A DNA stretch of 64,000 nucleotides, from positions 3,305 to 67,304 of the forward strand of contig CAYTUB010000002.1 of the NCBI GenBank assembly GCA_964441145.1, given 5' to 3'. This document shows positions 29,243-37,954 of the stretch, piece after piece. A program made the position numbers and the translations under genes. Source of the stretch: an uncultured Acidimicrobiales bacterium (lineage in GTDB: Bacteria; Actinomycetota; Acidimicrobiia; Acidimicrobiales; SHLQ01). How positions within the stretch are numbered: position 1 is the first letter of the stretch; each line of letters opens with the position of its first letter. The notes under the pieces were generated by a model. That model was not told where the DNA came from, searched no databases, and was given only the letters and a program-made list of their open reading frames with translations.

Positions 29243-30859
29243 TTACCCCAAGTTCAATAGCGACGCGTCGTAGTCGTCGGGAGCGGCGAAGCCGAGCAGG
29301 TTCGCGAGGGTGGCGGCGATGTTGGTAAGACCAGCATCATCGGCACCCTCCAACTTGTATCCGGCTGTGCCGGTGTCGTGAATTGCGAACGGCACGGGTG
29401 AGAGCGTGTGGCTCGTGACCGGCACGCGCTCGCCGTCTTTCTCCTTGTACATGATGTCGGCGTTGCCGTGATCGGCGGTGAACACCAACACGCCGCCGAG
29501 CTCATCGATGACCGGCAGTAATTTGCCGACACATTCGTCGAGTACGCGAATGGCCTCGATCGTCGCATTGAGATCGCCGGTGTGGCCGACCATGTCGGGA
29601 CTCGGGAAGTTCAAGCGTCCCCAGTCGTAGTCACCGGAGCGAAGCATCTCAATGGTTTGCTCGGTGATCTCACGTACCTTCATCGCCGGCGTCTTGTTGA
29701 ACTCGACATTGTCTGACGGGATCTCGATGTAGGTCTCGAGGTCTTCGTTGATGAAGCCCGATCGGTTGCCGTTCCAGAAATAGGTGACGTGACCGAACTT
29801 CTGTGTCTCACTAATCGCAAAGCTGCGAAGTCCCTCGGCGCAGAGGTACTCGCTCAATGTGTTGTCGATCGCCGGTGGATCCACCAGGTAGCGCTTGGGT
29901 ACGAAGGCATCACCGTCGTATTGCAACAAGCCCACGTAGTTGACGTTTGGGTGATCGCCTCGATCGAAGAACGCGAAGTCTGCGTCTTCGTAGGCCTGAC
30001 TGATCTCGATCGCTCGATCGCCGCGGAAGTTGAACAGCACTACCCCATCGCCGTCGGACATCGTCCCAACCGGCGCTCCCCCGTCGTCGACGATCACGAA
30101 TTCGTCGAGATCCTGATCGCCGGCGTCGCTCTCGCCATACATTGTCTCAACCGCTTCGATGGCGGACGCGAACTGGCGGCCGATGCCATGGGTGTGGGTG
30201 TTGTACCCGCGCTCAACCATTGGCCAATCCGCTCCGTAGCGGTCCATGGTGATCGTCATGCGGCCGCCACCCGATGCAATGCGAAAGTTCGCTCCGTCGT
30301 AGGAGCTATTGATCTCGGCCAGCACAGCTTCGGTCGCTTCGATGTACCCCAGCGCCGAGCGCGGATCGACGTCACGGCCGTCGTGGAGAATGTGCACCGC
30401 ACAACGGGTTACGCCGGCATCAGCAGCGCCACGCAACAAGGCATAAAGGTGATCGTTGTGGGAGTGGACGTTGCCGTCGGAATGCAGCCCGAGAAAGTGA
30501 AGTGTGTTGTCTCGACCTGAGGCAATGACATCGTTCCAGGCGTCGCTTTCGAAAATGGATCCTTCGGCGATGGCCTTGTTCACGAGCTTGGCGCCCTGGG
30601 CGAAAATTCGACCGGCACCAAGCGCATTGTGGCCAACCTCGCTATTTCCCATATCGCCATCGGTGGGAAGCCCGACAGCGGGACCATGTGCCCGTAGTTC
30701 GATCGAGTCTGCGAGGAGCGCATCGATGTGTGGTGTCTCAGCCATGGCGATCGCATTTGATTCGACATGGTCGGCACAACCAAAGCCGTCGGCGATCACC
30801 AACAGCAGCGGGCCTTCACGATCGATTGGTGAGTCGAGCTTTTTAAGCGACAGTTCCAT
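29243..30859 (-). CDS. gpmI: 2,3-bisphosphoglycerate-independent phosphoglycerate mutase
   Basis: 538 aa, ...VIADGFG..., SEVGHNALGAGR, ...TADHGNAD.... This housekeeping gene sits on the opposite strand inside the paralogue array. Confidence 0.9.
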   Translation of the reverse strand: MELSLKKLDSPIDREGPLLLVIADGFGCADHVESNAIAMAETPHIDALLADSIELRAHGPAVGLPTDGDMGNSEVGHNALGAGRIFAQGAKLVNKAIAEGSIFESDAWNDVIASGRDNTLHFLGLHSDGNVHSHNDHLYALLRGAADAGVTRCAVHILHDGRDVDPRSALGYIEATEAVLAEINSSYDGANFRIASGGGRMTITMDRYGADWPMVERGYNTHTHGIGRQFASAIEAVETMYGESDAGDQDLDEFVIVDDGGAPVGTMSDGDGVVLFNFRGDRAIEISQAYEDADFAFFDRGDHPNVNYVGLLQYDGDAFVPKRYLVDPPAIDNTLSEYLCAEGLRSFAISETQKFGHVTYFWNGNRSGFINEDLETYIEIPSDNVEFNKTPAMKVREITEQTIEMLRSGDYDWGRLNFPSPDMVGHTGDLNATIEAIRVLDECVGKLLPVIDELGGVLVFTADHGNADIMYKEKDGERVPVTSHTLSPVPFAIHDTGTAGYKLEGADDAGLTNIAATLANLLGFAAPDDYDASLLNLG

Positions 30860-31052
30860 GACTCCAGCTTAGGAGGGCGGTGCAGGCGGCGGTTGCAGTT
30901 GGGCCTCACCAAAACTGATCGTTTCGTCGGCAGTCGCCTTTATTGGGAGATAGGTGATTTGGCCCATACACAACGGGACTCACGAATCAGGTGCCAAATA
31001 CCACAGAGAGTGATTATAGATACACACGACAAGTTAAGAAAAGGCGGCATCC

Positions 31053-32990
31053 ATGCCCAGTAATTCACCCTCCCTACGCAATTCACGTTGGCTCCGGAGA
31101 ACAACCATCTCCTCGCTAGCACTCACCGGAACACTCCTCTTCGGCTTCACCGCAGTAAGCGCTCAAGCTCAAGCACCGACAAACGTCGAAGGTCAGACGC
31201 TTGTAGCCGATGATCTCGCATCGCTCGCTGAGCTCGGCGATGCCGTCGCAATCGACGGCGACACCCTCATCGTCGGCGCACCTTCGCCCGATCGAGCTGA
31301 AGAGGGCGCCGCATATATCTTCACTCGCGATGCCGCAGGTGAGTGGGCCAACCCACAGAGAATCACCGCGGGCGATGCCGGCGGTGGCGATCTCTTCGGC
31401 ACCGCCGTCGCCATTGATGGCGACACCATCATCGTCGGCGCTTCAGGTGATCGCGACTTCGGATTCGGTTCAGGTTCTGCCTACGTCTTCACCCGCACCG
31501 GCACCAGCTGGACCGAGCAGGCGAAACTCAACGCCATCGACGGACGATCCAGCGACAGTTTCGGTGTGTCGGTAGCTATTAGCGGCGACACCATCGCTAT
31601 CGGCGCAATCGGTCGAGACGATGTCTATACCGGACCCCTCGTCGACCCTATGACCCAGGAACCCGTCTTGGACGCAAACGGAGACCCTGTACTCGGCCTC
31701 CTCGTCGACCAGGCAGACATCGGTTCAGTCCACATCTTTAGCCGCACCGGCACCAGCTGGACACAGCAACAAGAGGTCGTGGCAAGCGACTTTGCTGCGA
31801 GTGATCAGTTCGGCTCAGCAATCGCTATCGACGGCGACACCCTCGCTGTTGGCGTACGCCAGGACGATACCGCTGCAGGCAACGACGCCGGTTCTGCCTA
31901 CGTCTTCACCCGCACCGGGACCGACTGGACCCAGCAACAACAGTTGTTCTTCGCGGACGAAGCACAGTTCGACTTCTTCGGTGACTCGATCGCCATCGAC
32001 GGAAACACCATCGCAGTCGGTGTTCCTGGCGAAGATCCCGGGGGCGTCACCGCTTCTGGAGCAGTGGCCATCTTTACGGGCGCAGGCGACAACTGGACCC
32101 AAAGCCAAGAGCTCACAGCACCAGCACCAGCCTTGAATGACCAATTCGGCTTCTCGCTCGACATCGAGGGAACCAGCATCATCGTCGGTGCTCCTTCAAA
32201 TCTCCAGGGCGCAACAAACACGGGTGCGGCGTACGTCTACACCTCAGCGGCCGGAGTCTGGTCACTAGATCAAGAGCTTGTGCCTAGCCAACCGGTTGCA
32301 TCGGACGAATTCGCTAATGCAGTTGCAATCTCTGGCGGTACCGCACTAGTCGGCGCACCAGCTATCGATACTGCGTTCGTCTATGCCGATGGCCTTGACG
32401 TAGCACCGCCACCACCACCAGAACCAGTGGTCCCGACCTGTAACGGTCTCGAAGTAACCGTCAACCTCGCACTTGGGGATGTACCGACTGCTGGCGACGA
32501 TGTGATTCTCGGAACCGACGGTCCTGACGTGATTGAAGCTGGCGACGGCGCAGATGTGATCTGTGGCGGCGACGGCGACGACATCATCCGAGCCGGCAAG
32601 GGCGGCGACTGGATCGACGCAGGTGCCGGTGACGACACTGTTGCTGGCGGCAAGGGCCACGACACCATCAACGGTGGCGAAGGCAACGATGACCTCCGCG
32701 GTGACAAGGGCCGAGACACCATCAACGGTGGCGAAGGCAACGATGACCTCCGCGGTGACGAGGGCCAAGACACCATCAACGGTGGCGAAGGCAACGACGT
32801 CCTCCGAGGCGGCACGAAAGCTGACGTACTCAACGGTGACGCCGGTGACGACAACCTTGGTGGCGGTAAGGGAACTGACATCCTCGATGGCGGTATCGGC
32901 ATAGATGAGTTCAACGGCGGCGGCGGCACCGACAGCTGCACGGTAGATCCCAACGGTCTGACCGAAATCGTCGCTAAGTGTGAGAACTAG
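31053..32990 (+). CDS. secreted FG-GAP beta-propeller + RTX protein, paralogue 6
   Basis: 645 aa with a signal peptide ...FGFTAVSAQAQA and 7 blades. Junction PTCNGLEVTVNLALGDVPTAG; ends DSCTVDPNGLTEIVAKCEN. Confidence 0.85.
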   Translation: MPSNSPSLRNSRWLRRTTISSLALTGTLLFGFTAVSAQAQAPTNVEGQTLVADDLASLAELGDAVAIDGDTLIVGAPSPDRAEEGAAYIFTRDAAGEWANPQRITAGDAGGGDLFGTAVAIDGDTIIVGASGDRDFGFGSGSAYVFTRTGTSWTEQAKLNAIDGRSSDSFGVSVAISGDTIAIGAIGRDDVYTGPLVDPMTQEPVLDANGDPVLGLLVDQADIGSVHIFSRTGTSWTQQQEVVASDFAASDQFGSAIAIDGDTLAVGVRQDDTAAGNDAGSAYVFTRTGTDWTQQQQLFFADEAQFDFFGDSIAIDGNTIAVGVPGEDPGGVTASGAVAIFTGAGDNWTQSQELTAPAPALNDQFGFSLDIEGTSIIVGAPSNLQGATNTGAAYVYTSAAGVWSLDQELVPSQPVASDEFANAVAISGGTALVGAPAIDTAFVYADGLDVAPPPPPEPVVPTCNGLEVTVNLALGDVPTAGDDVILGTDGPDVIEAGDGADVICGGDGDDIIRAGKGGDWIDAGAGDDTVAGGKGHDTINGGEGNDDLRGDKGRDTINGGEGNDDLRGDEGQDTINGGEGNDVLRGGTKADVLNGDAGDDNLGGGKGTDILDGGIGIDEFNGGGGTDSCTVDPNGLTEIVAKCEN

Positions 32991-33011
32991 TAGCTCACAG
33001 TAATAAGAACC

Positions 33012-33053
33012 GAAGGCCCCTTCCTCCTCACGGGAAGGGGCCTTCCACGTTTT
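33012..33053 (+). terminator. intrinsic terminator after paralogue 6
   Basis: GAAGGCCCCTTCC (33012-33024) and GGAAGGGGCCTTC (33033-33045) form an exact 13-bp stem with an 8-nt loop, then CACGTTTT. Confidence 0.75.
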
Positions 33054-33139
33054 CAGGTGGTGTCGCTCTCGCTTCAGGTTGCAATCAACGTTGCCGATAT
33101 CTATTTCGCGAGTATCGACGCCGGCGGAGGGCATCGCAC

Positions 33140-34239
33140 ATGGCTACAACACCTCACACAAGACCTATCTCCAAGAGACCAACGGGTGCATTATTGGTCA
33201 TGTTGTTGGTCATCATCGGGGCGGCAACTGCGGCCGGAGCGCAAAACACATCGGTAACAACCGAGGATCAAAAGCTCACCGGCATCGATGCCGACGCATC
33301 CGATCAGTTCGGTGATGCAGTCGCGATCGATGGAGACACCTTGGTCGTCGGTGCACCCTTCGGCAATCAAGGCGTTGGCTCGGCCTACGTCTTCGAACGT
33401 TCCGGATCAACCTGGATCCAACAAGCAACGTTGACGGACAACCCTTGGTGGACAGTCAGGGTTCAGCCACGGTCTTCCGCAGAGCTGGCAACAACTGGAA
33501 CGAGCTCACCACACTGATCGCATCTGACGGCATCGGCTCTGACGGATTTGGGTACGCAATCGGCAACGACGGTGGCAGCATTGTCGTTGGCGCCCCATTC
33601 GATAGCACTCTCGATTCGGCCCGCGGCGCAGCGTATGTCTTCAGCATCGAGCAAGTTACCTGCGCCGGCCTCGCAGTGACCGTGAACGTGGCTAACGGCG
33701 ATGTACCTACCGATGGCGACGATGTGATTCTTGGAACGGATGGTCCCGACGTGATCAACGCCGGTGCCGGACGCGATGTCATCTGCGGGGAGGGTGGTGC
33801 CGACACGATCAACGGCGGCTCCCGAAACGACGTCATCTTCGGAGGGGCCGGTGCTGACACCATTCAGGCTGGTAAAGGCAACGACACGGTCAACGGCAAC
33901 GGAGGCGCCGACATCATCACCGGTGGCAACGGTCGGGACACCATCTTCGGTGACGCCGGCGCTGATGAGCTCCGCGGCAACCAAGGAAGTGACACCATCA
34001 ACGGCGGCTCTGGAAACGACCTTCTCGTCGGGGGCTCTGGTACCGATGAGCTTCGCGGCGTCAAAGGGTCCGACACCATCAACGGCGGCAACGGCAAGGA
34101 CCTGCTCGTTGGCGGTAACGGAGCTGACGATCTCGACGGCGGCATCGGAAACGATGAGTACAACGGTGGCGGCGGCAACGACACCTGCGCCGCAGACCCC
34201 GACGGCCGAAACGAAGTATCCGCAAACTGCGAGAGCTAA
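33140..34239 (+). pseudogene. paralogue 7: internal-deletion derivative with a frameshift at the junction (about 33436-33447)
   Basis: ORF 33140-33517 gives a signal peptide plus blade 1, very similar to the paralogue 8 N-terminus. After ...QQATLTDNP the family sequence (LVDSQGSATVFRRAGNNWNELTTLIASDG..., last blade + RTX + cap) continues in the -1 frame (ORF 33445-34239). Confidence 0.6.
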
Positions 34240-34243
34240 CAAC
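34120..34243 (+). repeat. 124-bp exact direct repeat, copy 1 (3' end of paralogue 7)
   Basis: Identical base-for-base to 36136-36259 (GGAGCTGACGATCTCGACGGCGGCATCGG...GCGAGAGCTAACAAC), including the stop codon and 4 nt beyond it. Confidence 0.9.
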
Positions 34244-34383
34244 CGCTGAAGGCCCGGCCCCTCCCTGATCGGGATGGCGCTTTGTCGCTGTGAAAGGCCG
34301 AAAGCGCTACGCCGACGCTTTAGATTCCAATCTCCGGTGTCGATGGAGAACTGCAACTACTAACGCTTACGGGAAGCATCTCC

Positions 34384-36255
34384 ATGACCAAACCACTTCG
34401 CCCAGGAACCCTGCCAAAGAAACCCACGGCTGCATTGCTCGTCATAGTGTTGCTCATTATCGGCGCAGCATCCGCCGTCGGAGCCCAAAGCACACCGGTA
34501 ACGAACGAAGATCAAAAGCTCACCGTCGACGGTGCCGAAGCATTCGATCGACTGGGTGAAGCAGTGGCAATCGATGGCGACACCTTGGTCGTCGGTGTGC
34601 CCGTCGACGACGATTCCCTTGGCTCGGCGTACGTCTTCGAACGTTCGGGGTCCAACTGGGTCCAACAGGCGAGGTTAACGTCAACAAACGATTCTGGTAG
34701 CGAAGTCGCCTTCGGGGCGGCCCTAGCGATCGACGGAGACACGATCGTTGTTGGCGCACCACTAGAAACACCAGACGACAATTTCAGACTCGCCGACGCG
34801 GGTGCTGCCTACGTATTTGTTCGATCTGGCAACGACTGGAACTTGCAGGCGCGAATAGTCGAACCAGTCAACCAAGGTTCCGGAAATTCATTCAGCGCTT
34901 CAGTGGCTATCGAGGGCGACACAATCGCCATAAGTGCGCCATTTTCGCAGACACCTGCGAGCTACGTGTTCGAACGGTCTGGCAACAACAACTGGAACTT
35001 CCAAACCGAACTCCAATCACCAAACACCATCGTGGGCGGAATGTCTGTCGCGATCGATGGGAACACCATCGTTGCTTCCTCAGAGATTCACTCCGGCAAC
35101 ACCTTCCAAGGTGCTGTAGATGTCTTCACAAACACCGGTGCGTCATGGGAACATCAAGACACGCTCGTGACTACGGCGCCTCAAGAGTTTGGTCTCCCGC
35201 ATTCCGTCGACATCGACGGCGACACCATCGCCACACTTAGCGACGAGGGAACCCTGATCTTCACCCGTTCGGGAACCACCTGGACTGAACGAGCAAATAT
35301 CGCCAGTCTGGGGGCCGTCTCGCTATCGGACAATGTACTTACGGTCGCACAACCCGCCGACGACTCAGCGATCGTATTTGGTGGATCAGGGAGCGATTGG
35401 TTTGAGCTTACGAGGTTGGTCGCCTCCGATGGTCAATTTGGTGATGCGTTTGCAATCAGCTTCTCGGGTGGGAACCCAATTGATAACGACGGTGGCACCA
35501 TCATCGTTGGCGCACCCTTTGCTGGCAGTCTGAATGCCGCTGTTGGGGCGGCGTATGTGTTTAGCGTCGAGTTCTCATTGGCTGATATCGAGGTCTGCAA
35601 CGGCGAGCTCGTCACAGTGAACCTCGCTGATGGTGATCGTCCTACCAACGGTGCGGACGTGATTCTTGGAACCGATGGCGATGACGTGATTGGCGCTGGT
35701 GCCGGAAACGACACCATTTGTGCTGGAGCTGGCAATGACACCATCAACGCTGGCGACGGTGCAGACACGGTCTTCGGTGGCGGCGGTGACGACATCATTA
35801 ACGGCGGCCAAGGCCAAGACGTCATAGACGGCAACGGCGGTGACGATGTCATTTCGGGTGGCAAGGGCAAGGACGTCATCAACGGCGGCTCGAATAACGA
35901 CGACCTTCGGGGCAACGACGGCGACGACACCATCGATGGCGGCAACGGGGACGATGTCATTAACGGCGGCGTAGGCAAGGACAACCTTCGCGGTAGAAAG
36001 GGAGCCGACGTCATCACTGGTGGCAACAGCAACGACGTGATCAGTGGCGGAGCCGACCGAGATGAACTGCGTGGCAGCAAGGGCCAGGACGCCATCGTCG
36101 GTGGCAACAGCAACGACATCCTTATCGGTGGCGATGGAGCTGACGATCTCGACGGCGGCATCGGAAACGATGAGTACAACGGTGGCGGCGGCAACGACAC
36201 CTGCGCCGCAGACCCCGACGGCCGAAACGAAGTATCCGCAAACTGCGAGAGCTAA
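34384..36255 (+). CDS. secreted FG-GAP beta-propeller + RTX protein, paralogue 8
   Basis: 623 aa with a signal peptide ...LLIIGAASAVGAQ and about 7 blades, the later ones degenerate. Junction EVCNGELVTVNLADGDRPTNG; ends DTCAADPDGRNEVSANCES. Confidence 0.85.
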   Translation: MTKPLRPGTLPKKPTAALLVIVLLIIGAASAVGAQSTPVTNEDQKLTVDGAEAFDRLGEAVAIDGDTLVVGVPVDDDSLGSAYVFERSGSNWVQQARLTSTNDSGSEVAFGAALAIDGDTIVVGAPLETPDDNFRLADAGAAYVFVRSGNDWNLQARIVEPVNQGSGNSFSASVAIEGDTIAISAPFSQTPASYVFERSGNNNWNFQTELQSPNTIVGGMSVAIDGNTIVASSEIHSGNTFQGAVDVFTNTGASWEHQDTLVTTAPQEFGLPHSVDIDGDTIATLSDEGTLIFTRSGTTWTERANIASLGAVSLSDNVLTVAQPADDSAIVFGGSGSDWFELTRLVASDGQFGDAFAISFSGGNPIDNDGGTIIVGAPFAGSLNAAVGAAYVFSVEFSLADIEVCNGELVTVNLADGDRPTNGADVILGTDGDDVIGAGAGNDTICAGAGNDTINAGDGADTVFGGGGDDIINGGQGQDVIDGNGGDDVISGGKGKDVINGGSNNDDLRGNDGDDTIDGGNGDDVINGGVGKDNLRGRKGADVITGGNSNDVISGGADRDELRGSKGQDAIVGGNSNDILIGGDGADDLDGGIGNDEYNGGGGNDTCAADPDGRNEVSANCES

Positions 36256-36259
36256 CAAC
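36136..36259 (+). repeat. 124-bp exact direct repeat, copy 2 (3' end of paralogue 8)
   Basis: Identical to 34120-34243. Confidence 0.9.
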
Positions 36260-36282
36260 TCCCGTTGTGTCATGCTTTCGCT

Positions 36283-36585
36283 ATGGCACGATCCGATGTT
36301 CTTGACACACATGACGTAATCGCCGCAATGAGCGAACTACATCCTGATTGGGAATTGGCTTCGGGCAAGCTCCATCGAGAATTGGTCTTTGCCGACTTCA
36401 TCACCGCCTTTTCGTTCATGACCGCGGTAGCGATCAAGGCCGAAAAGCTCGATCATCATCCGGAGTGGAGCAACACCTACAACCGCGTAACGGTCGATCT
36501 CGTAACCCACGATTCCGAGGGAACTACACAGCTCGATCTAGAACTCGCAGCTCACATCGACGCCTGCAGTAGTCACCGCGCCTAG
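36283..36585 (+). CDS. pterin-4a-carbinolamine dehydratase (PCD/DCoH)
   Basis: ...WELASGKLHRELVFADFITAFSFMTAVAIKAEKLDHHPEWSNTYNRVTVDLVTHD... The start may be GTG 36265. Its TAG stop overlaps the dnaN TAG in the palindrome CTAG (36582-36585). Confidence 0.8.
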   Translation: MARSDVLDTHDVIAAMSELHPDWELASGKLHRELVFADFITAFSFMTAVAIKAEKLDHHPEWSNTYNRVTVDLVTHDSEGTTQLDLELAAHIDACSSHRA

Positions 36586-37673
36586 GACACCCGCACCGGC
36601 ATCAAGAGATAGAGGAAGTCCTCAGAGTCTCCCCCGCGCATGACTGCAGGCTTGAGTGGATCGACCGTTTGAAGCGCTACTTCTTCGCCCGGCGTTACTT
36701 CGATGCCATCGATGAGATAGTCAGGGTTGAATGCAACGGTGAGTTCTTCGCCGGTGTAACTCGCGTCGAGAACTTCTTGGGCCTGACCAACATCTTGGGT
36801 TACCGCGACGAGCTCAAGGGCGTCATCGCGCATCGTCAACCGAATAGGTGTTGCTTCCTGTGCCATCAATCGTACGCGTCGTACCGCTTCGAGTAGCTCG
36901 GCACGGTTCACTGTCAATTCGTTTGGATGCGAATCGGGAATCAGTCCTCGGTAGTTCGGGAACTCGCCTTCGATAAGACGGGTCACCACTTGTGTGCCAC
37001 CAACCTCGAAGCTGGCGTCACGTTCACCCAAGCGAAGAGACACTTCGTCATTCTCACCAAACACTCGATTCAATTCCGAGAGAGCCCGAGAAGGAACCAG
37101 TACGGATTGATCTCCCGAAAGGACCGAGGTGCCGGGTAGGTCACGAACCGCAAGACGATACGAGTCCGTAGAGACCAAACGCAGCCCCTCCCCTTCCGCA
37201 GCGAGCAACACGCCCGTGAGGATCGGTCGAGAGTCGTCGCCCGATGCAGCCTTAACCACTTGAGTCAATGCATCTGAAAGCGCTTCAGAACTAAGGGTGA
37301 CCTCTTCACCCTCCGGTGAACCAAGGCGAGGGAAATCATCTGCGGGAATGGTTCGCATCGAGAATTCTGAGCGACCAGCAGTGATTTGAATCTCTTCTCC
37401 ATCGACAACTACATCAACCGCACCAGGCCCAAGGGCTCTCACAATGTCGGCAATCAGCTTGGAGGGTGCAACAACAACACCGTCGGTATCACCAGCAACC
37501 TCAACGGATTGAGCAATCGTCAAATCAAGGTCAGAACCAGTCACGCGGAGAGAATCTCCAGCGAGTTCTAGGTGTAGTCCGCTGAGGGCAACGTTGCTTG
37601 CGCGACCACCAACGGCACGACCAGCTGTGCTCAAAGCATCGAGAAGAACATCACGTTCACATCGAAATTTCAT
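36582..37673 (-). CDS. dnaN: DNA polymerase III beta sliding clamp
   Basis: 363 aa, MKFRCERDVLLDALSTAGRAV... with the three-domain clamp length, immediately downstream of dnaA/oriC. Confidence 0.93.
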   Translation of the reverse strand: MKFRCERDVLLDALSTAGRAVGGRASNVALSGLHLELAGDSLRVTGSDLDLTIAQSVEVAGDTDGVVVAPSKLIADIVRALGPGAVDVVVDGEEIQITAGRSEFSMRTIPADDFPRLGSPEGEEVTLSSEALSDALTQVVKAASGDDSRPILTGVLLAAEGEGLRLVSTDSYRLAVRDLPGTSVLSGDQSVLVPSRALSELNRVFGENDEVSLRLGERDASFEVGGTQVVTRLIEGEFPNYRGLIPDSHPNELTVNRAELLEAVRRVRLMAQEATPIRLTMRDDALELVAVTQDVGQAQEVLDASYTGEELTVAFNPDYLIDGIEVTPGEEVALQTVDPLKPAVMRGGDSEDFLYLLMPVRVS

Positions 37674-37954
37674 TGTTCCACATTTCTCAATCGAGTTGGA
37701 TTGGATTTGGTAGTAGGAAGAAGTAGGCGTGTGGATTGTGGACGATAGTCGTTTTTCGCTTGTATTCGGGCGATTTCGCGTTCAGTGTTTGTCCACCATG
37801 TTCCACAGAAACTATGCGATCGAACATCCGCGCGGTGGATGAATGTCGGGGCATCCACACGTATTGGGTCACTGCCCACATCATGGCTACCAGCCTGAAC
37901 CATACTTATCCCCAACTTTTCCACTCCCTGTGAACACTTTCCGCGCGAACCCAG
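37674..37954. other. oriC: probable oriC (dnaA-dnaN intergenic DnaA-box cluster)
   Basis: 281 bp, relatively AT-rich, holding at least 8 DnaA-box-like 9-mers. They are TGTGGATTG 37730, TGTGGACGA 37737, TTGTCCACC 37789, TGTTCCACA 37799, GGTGGATGA 37834, GCATCCACA 37851, TTATCCCCA 37906 and TTTTCCACT 37917. Confidence 0.7.

Noticed and set aside
21263-36255. Regular short-period repeats as a possible CRISPR array.
   Set aside because: The period is 27 nt with no unique spacers and the repeats lie in-frame in protein-coding sequence (GxGxDxLxG). No cas genes are present.
19934-36255. A diversity-generating retroelement or a mobile genomic island as the explanation for the variable paralogue family.
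   Set aside because: There is no reverse transcriptase, template/variable repeat pair with adenine-specific differences, integrase, transposase, tRNA flank or terminal direct repeats in the window. The variation looks like duplication, deletion and conversion.
19934-36255. A type I secretion system cargo locus, expected for RTX proteins.
   Set aside because: No ABC exporter, membrane-fusion protein or outer-membrane factor gene lies in or beside the array. All members carry N-terminal signal peptides. A T1SS elsewhere in the genome cannot be excluded.
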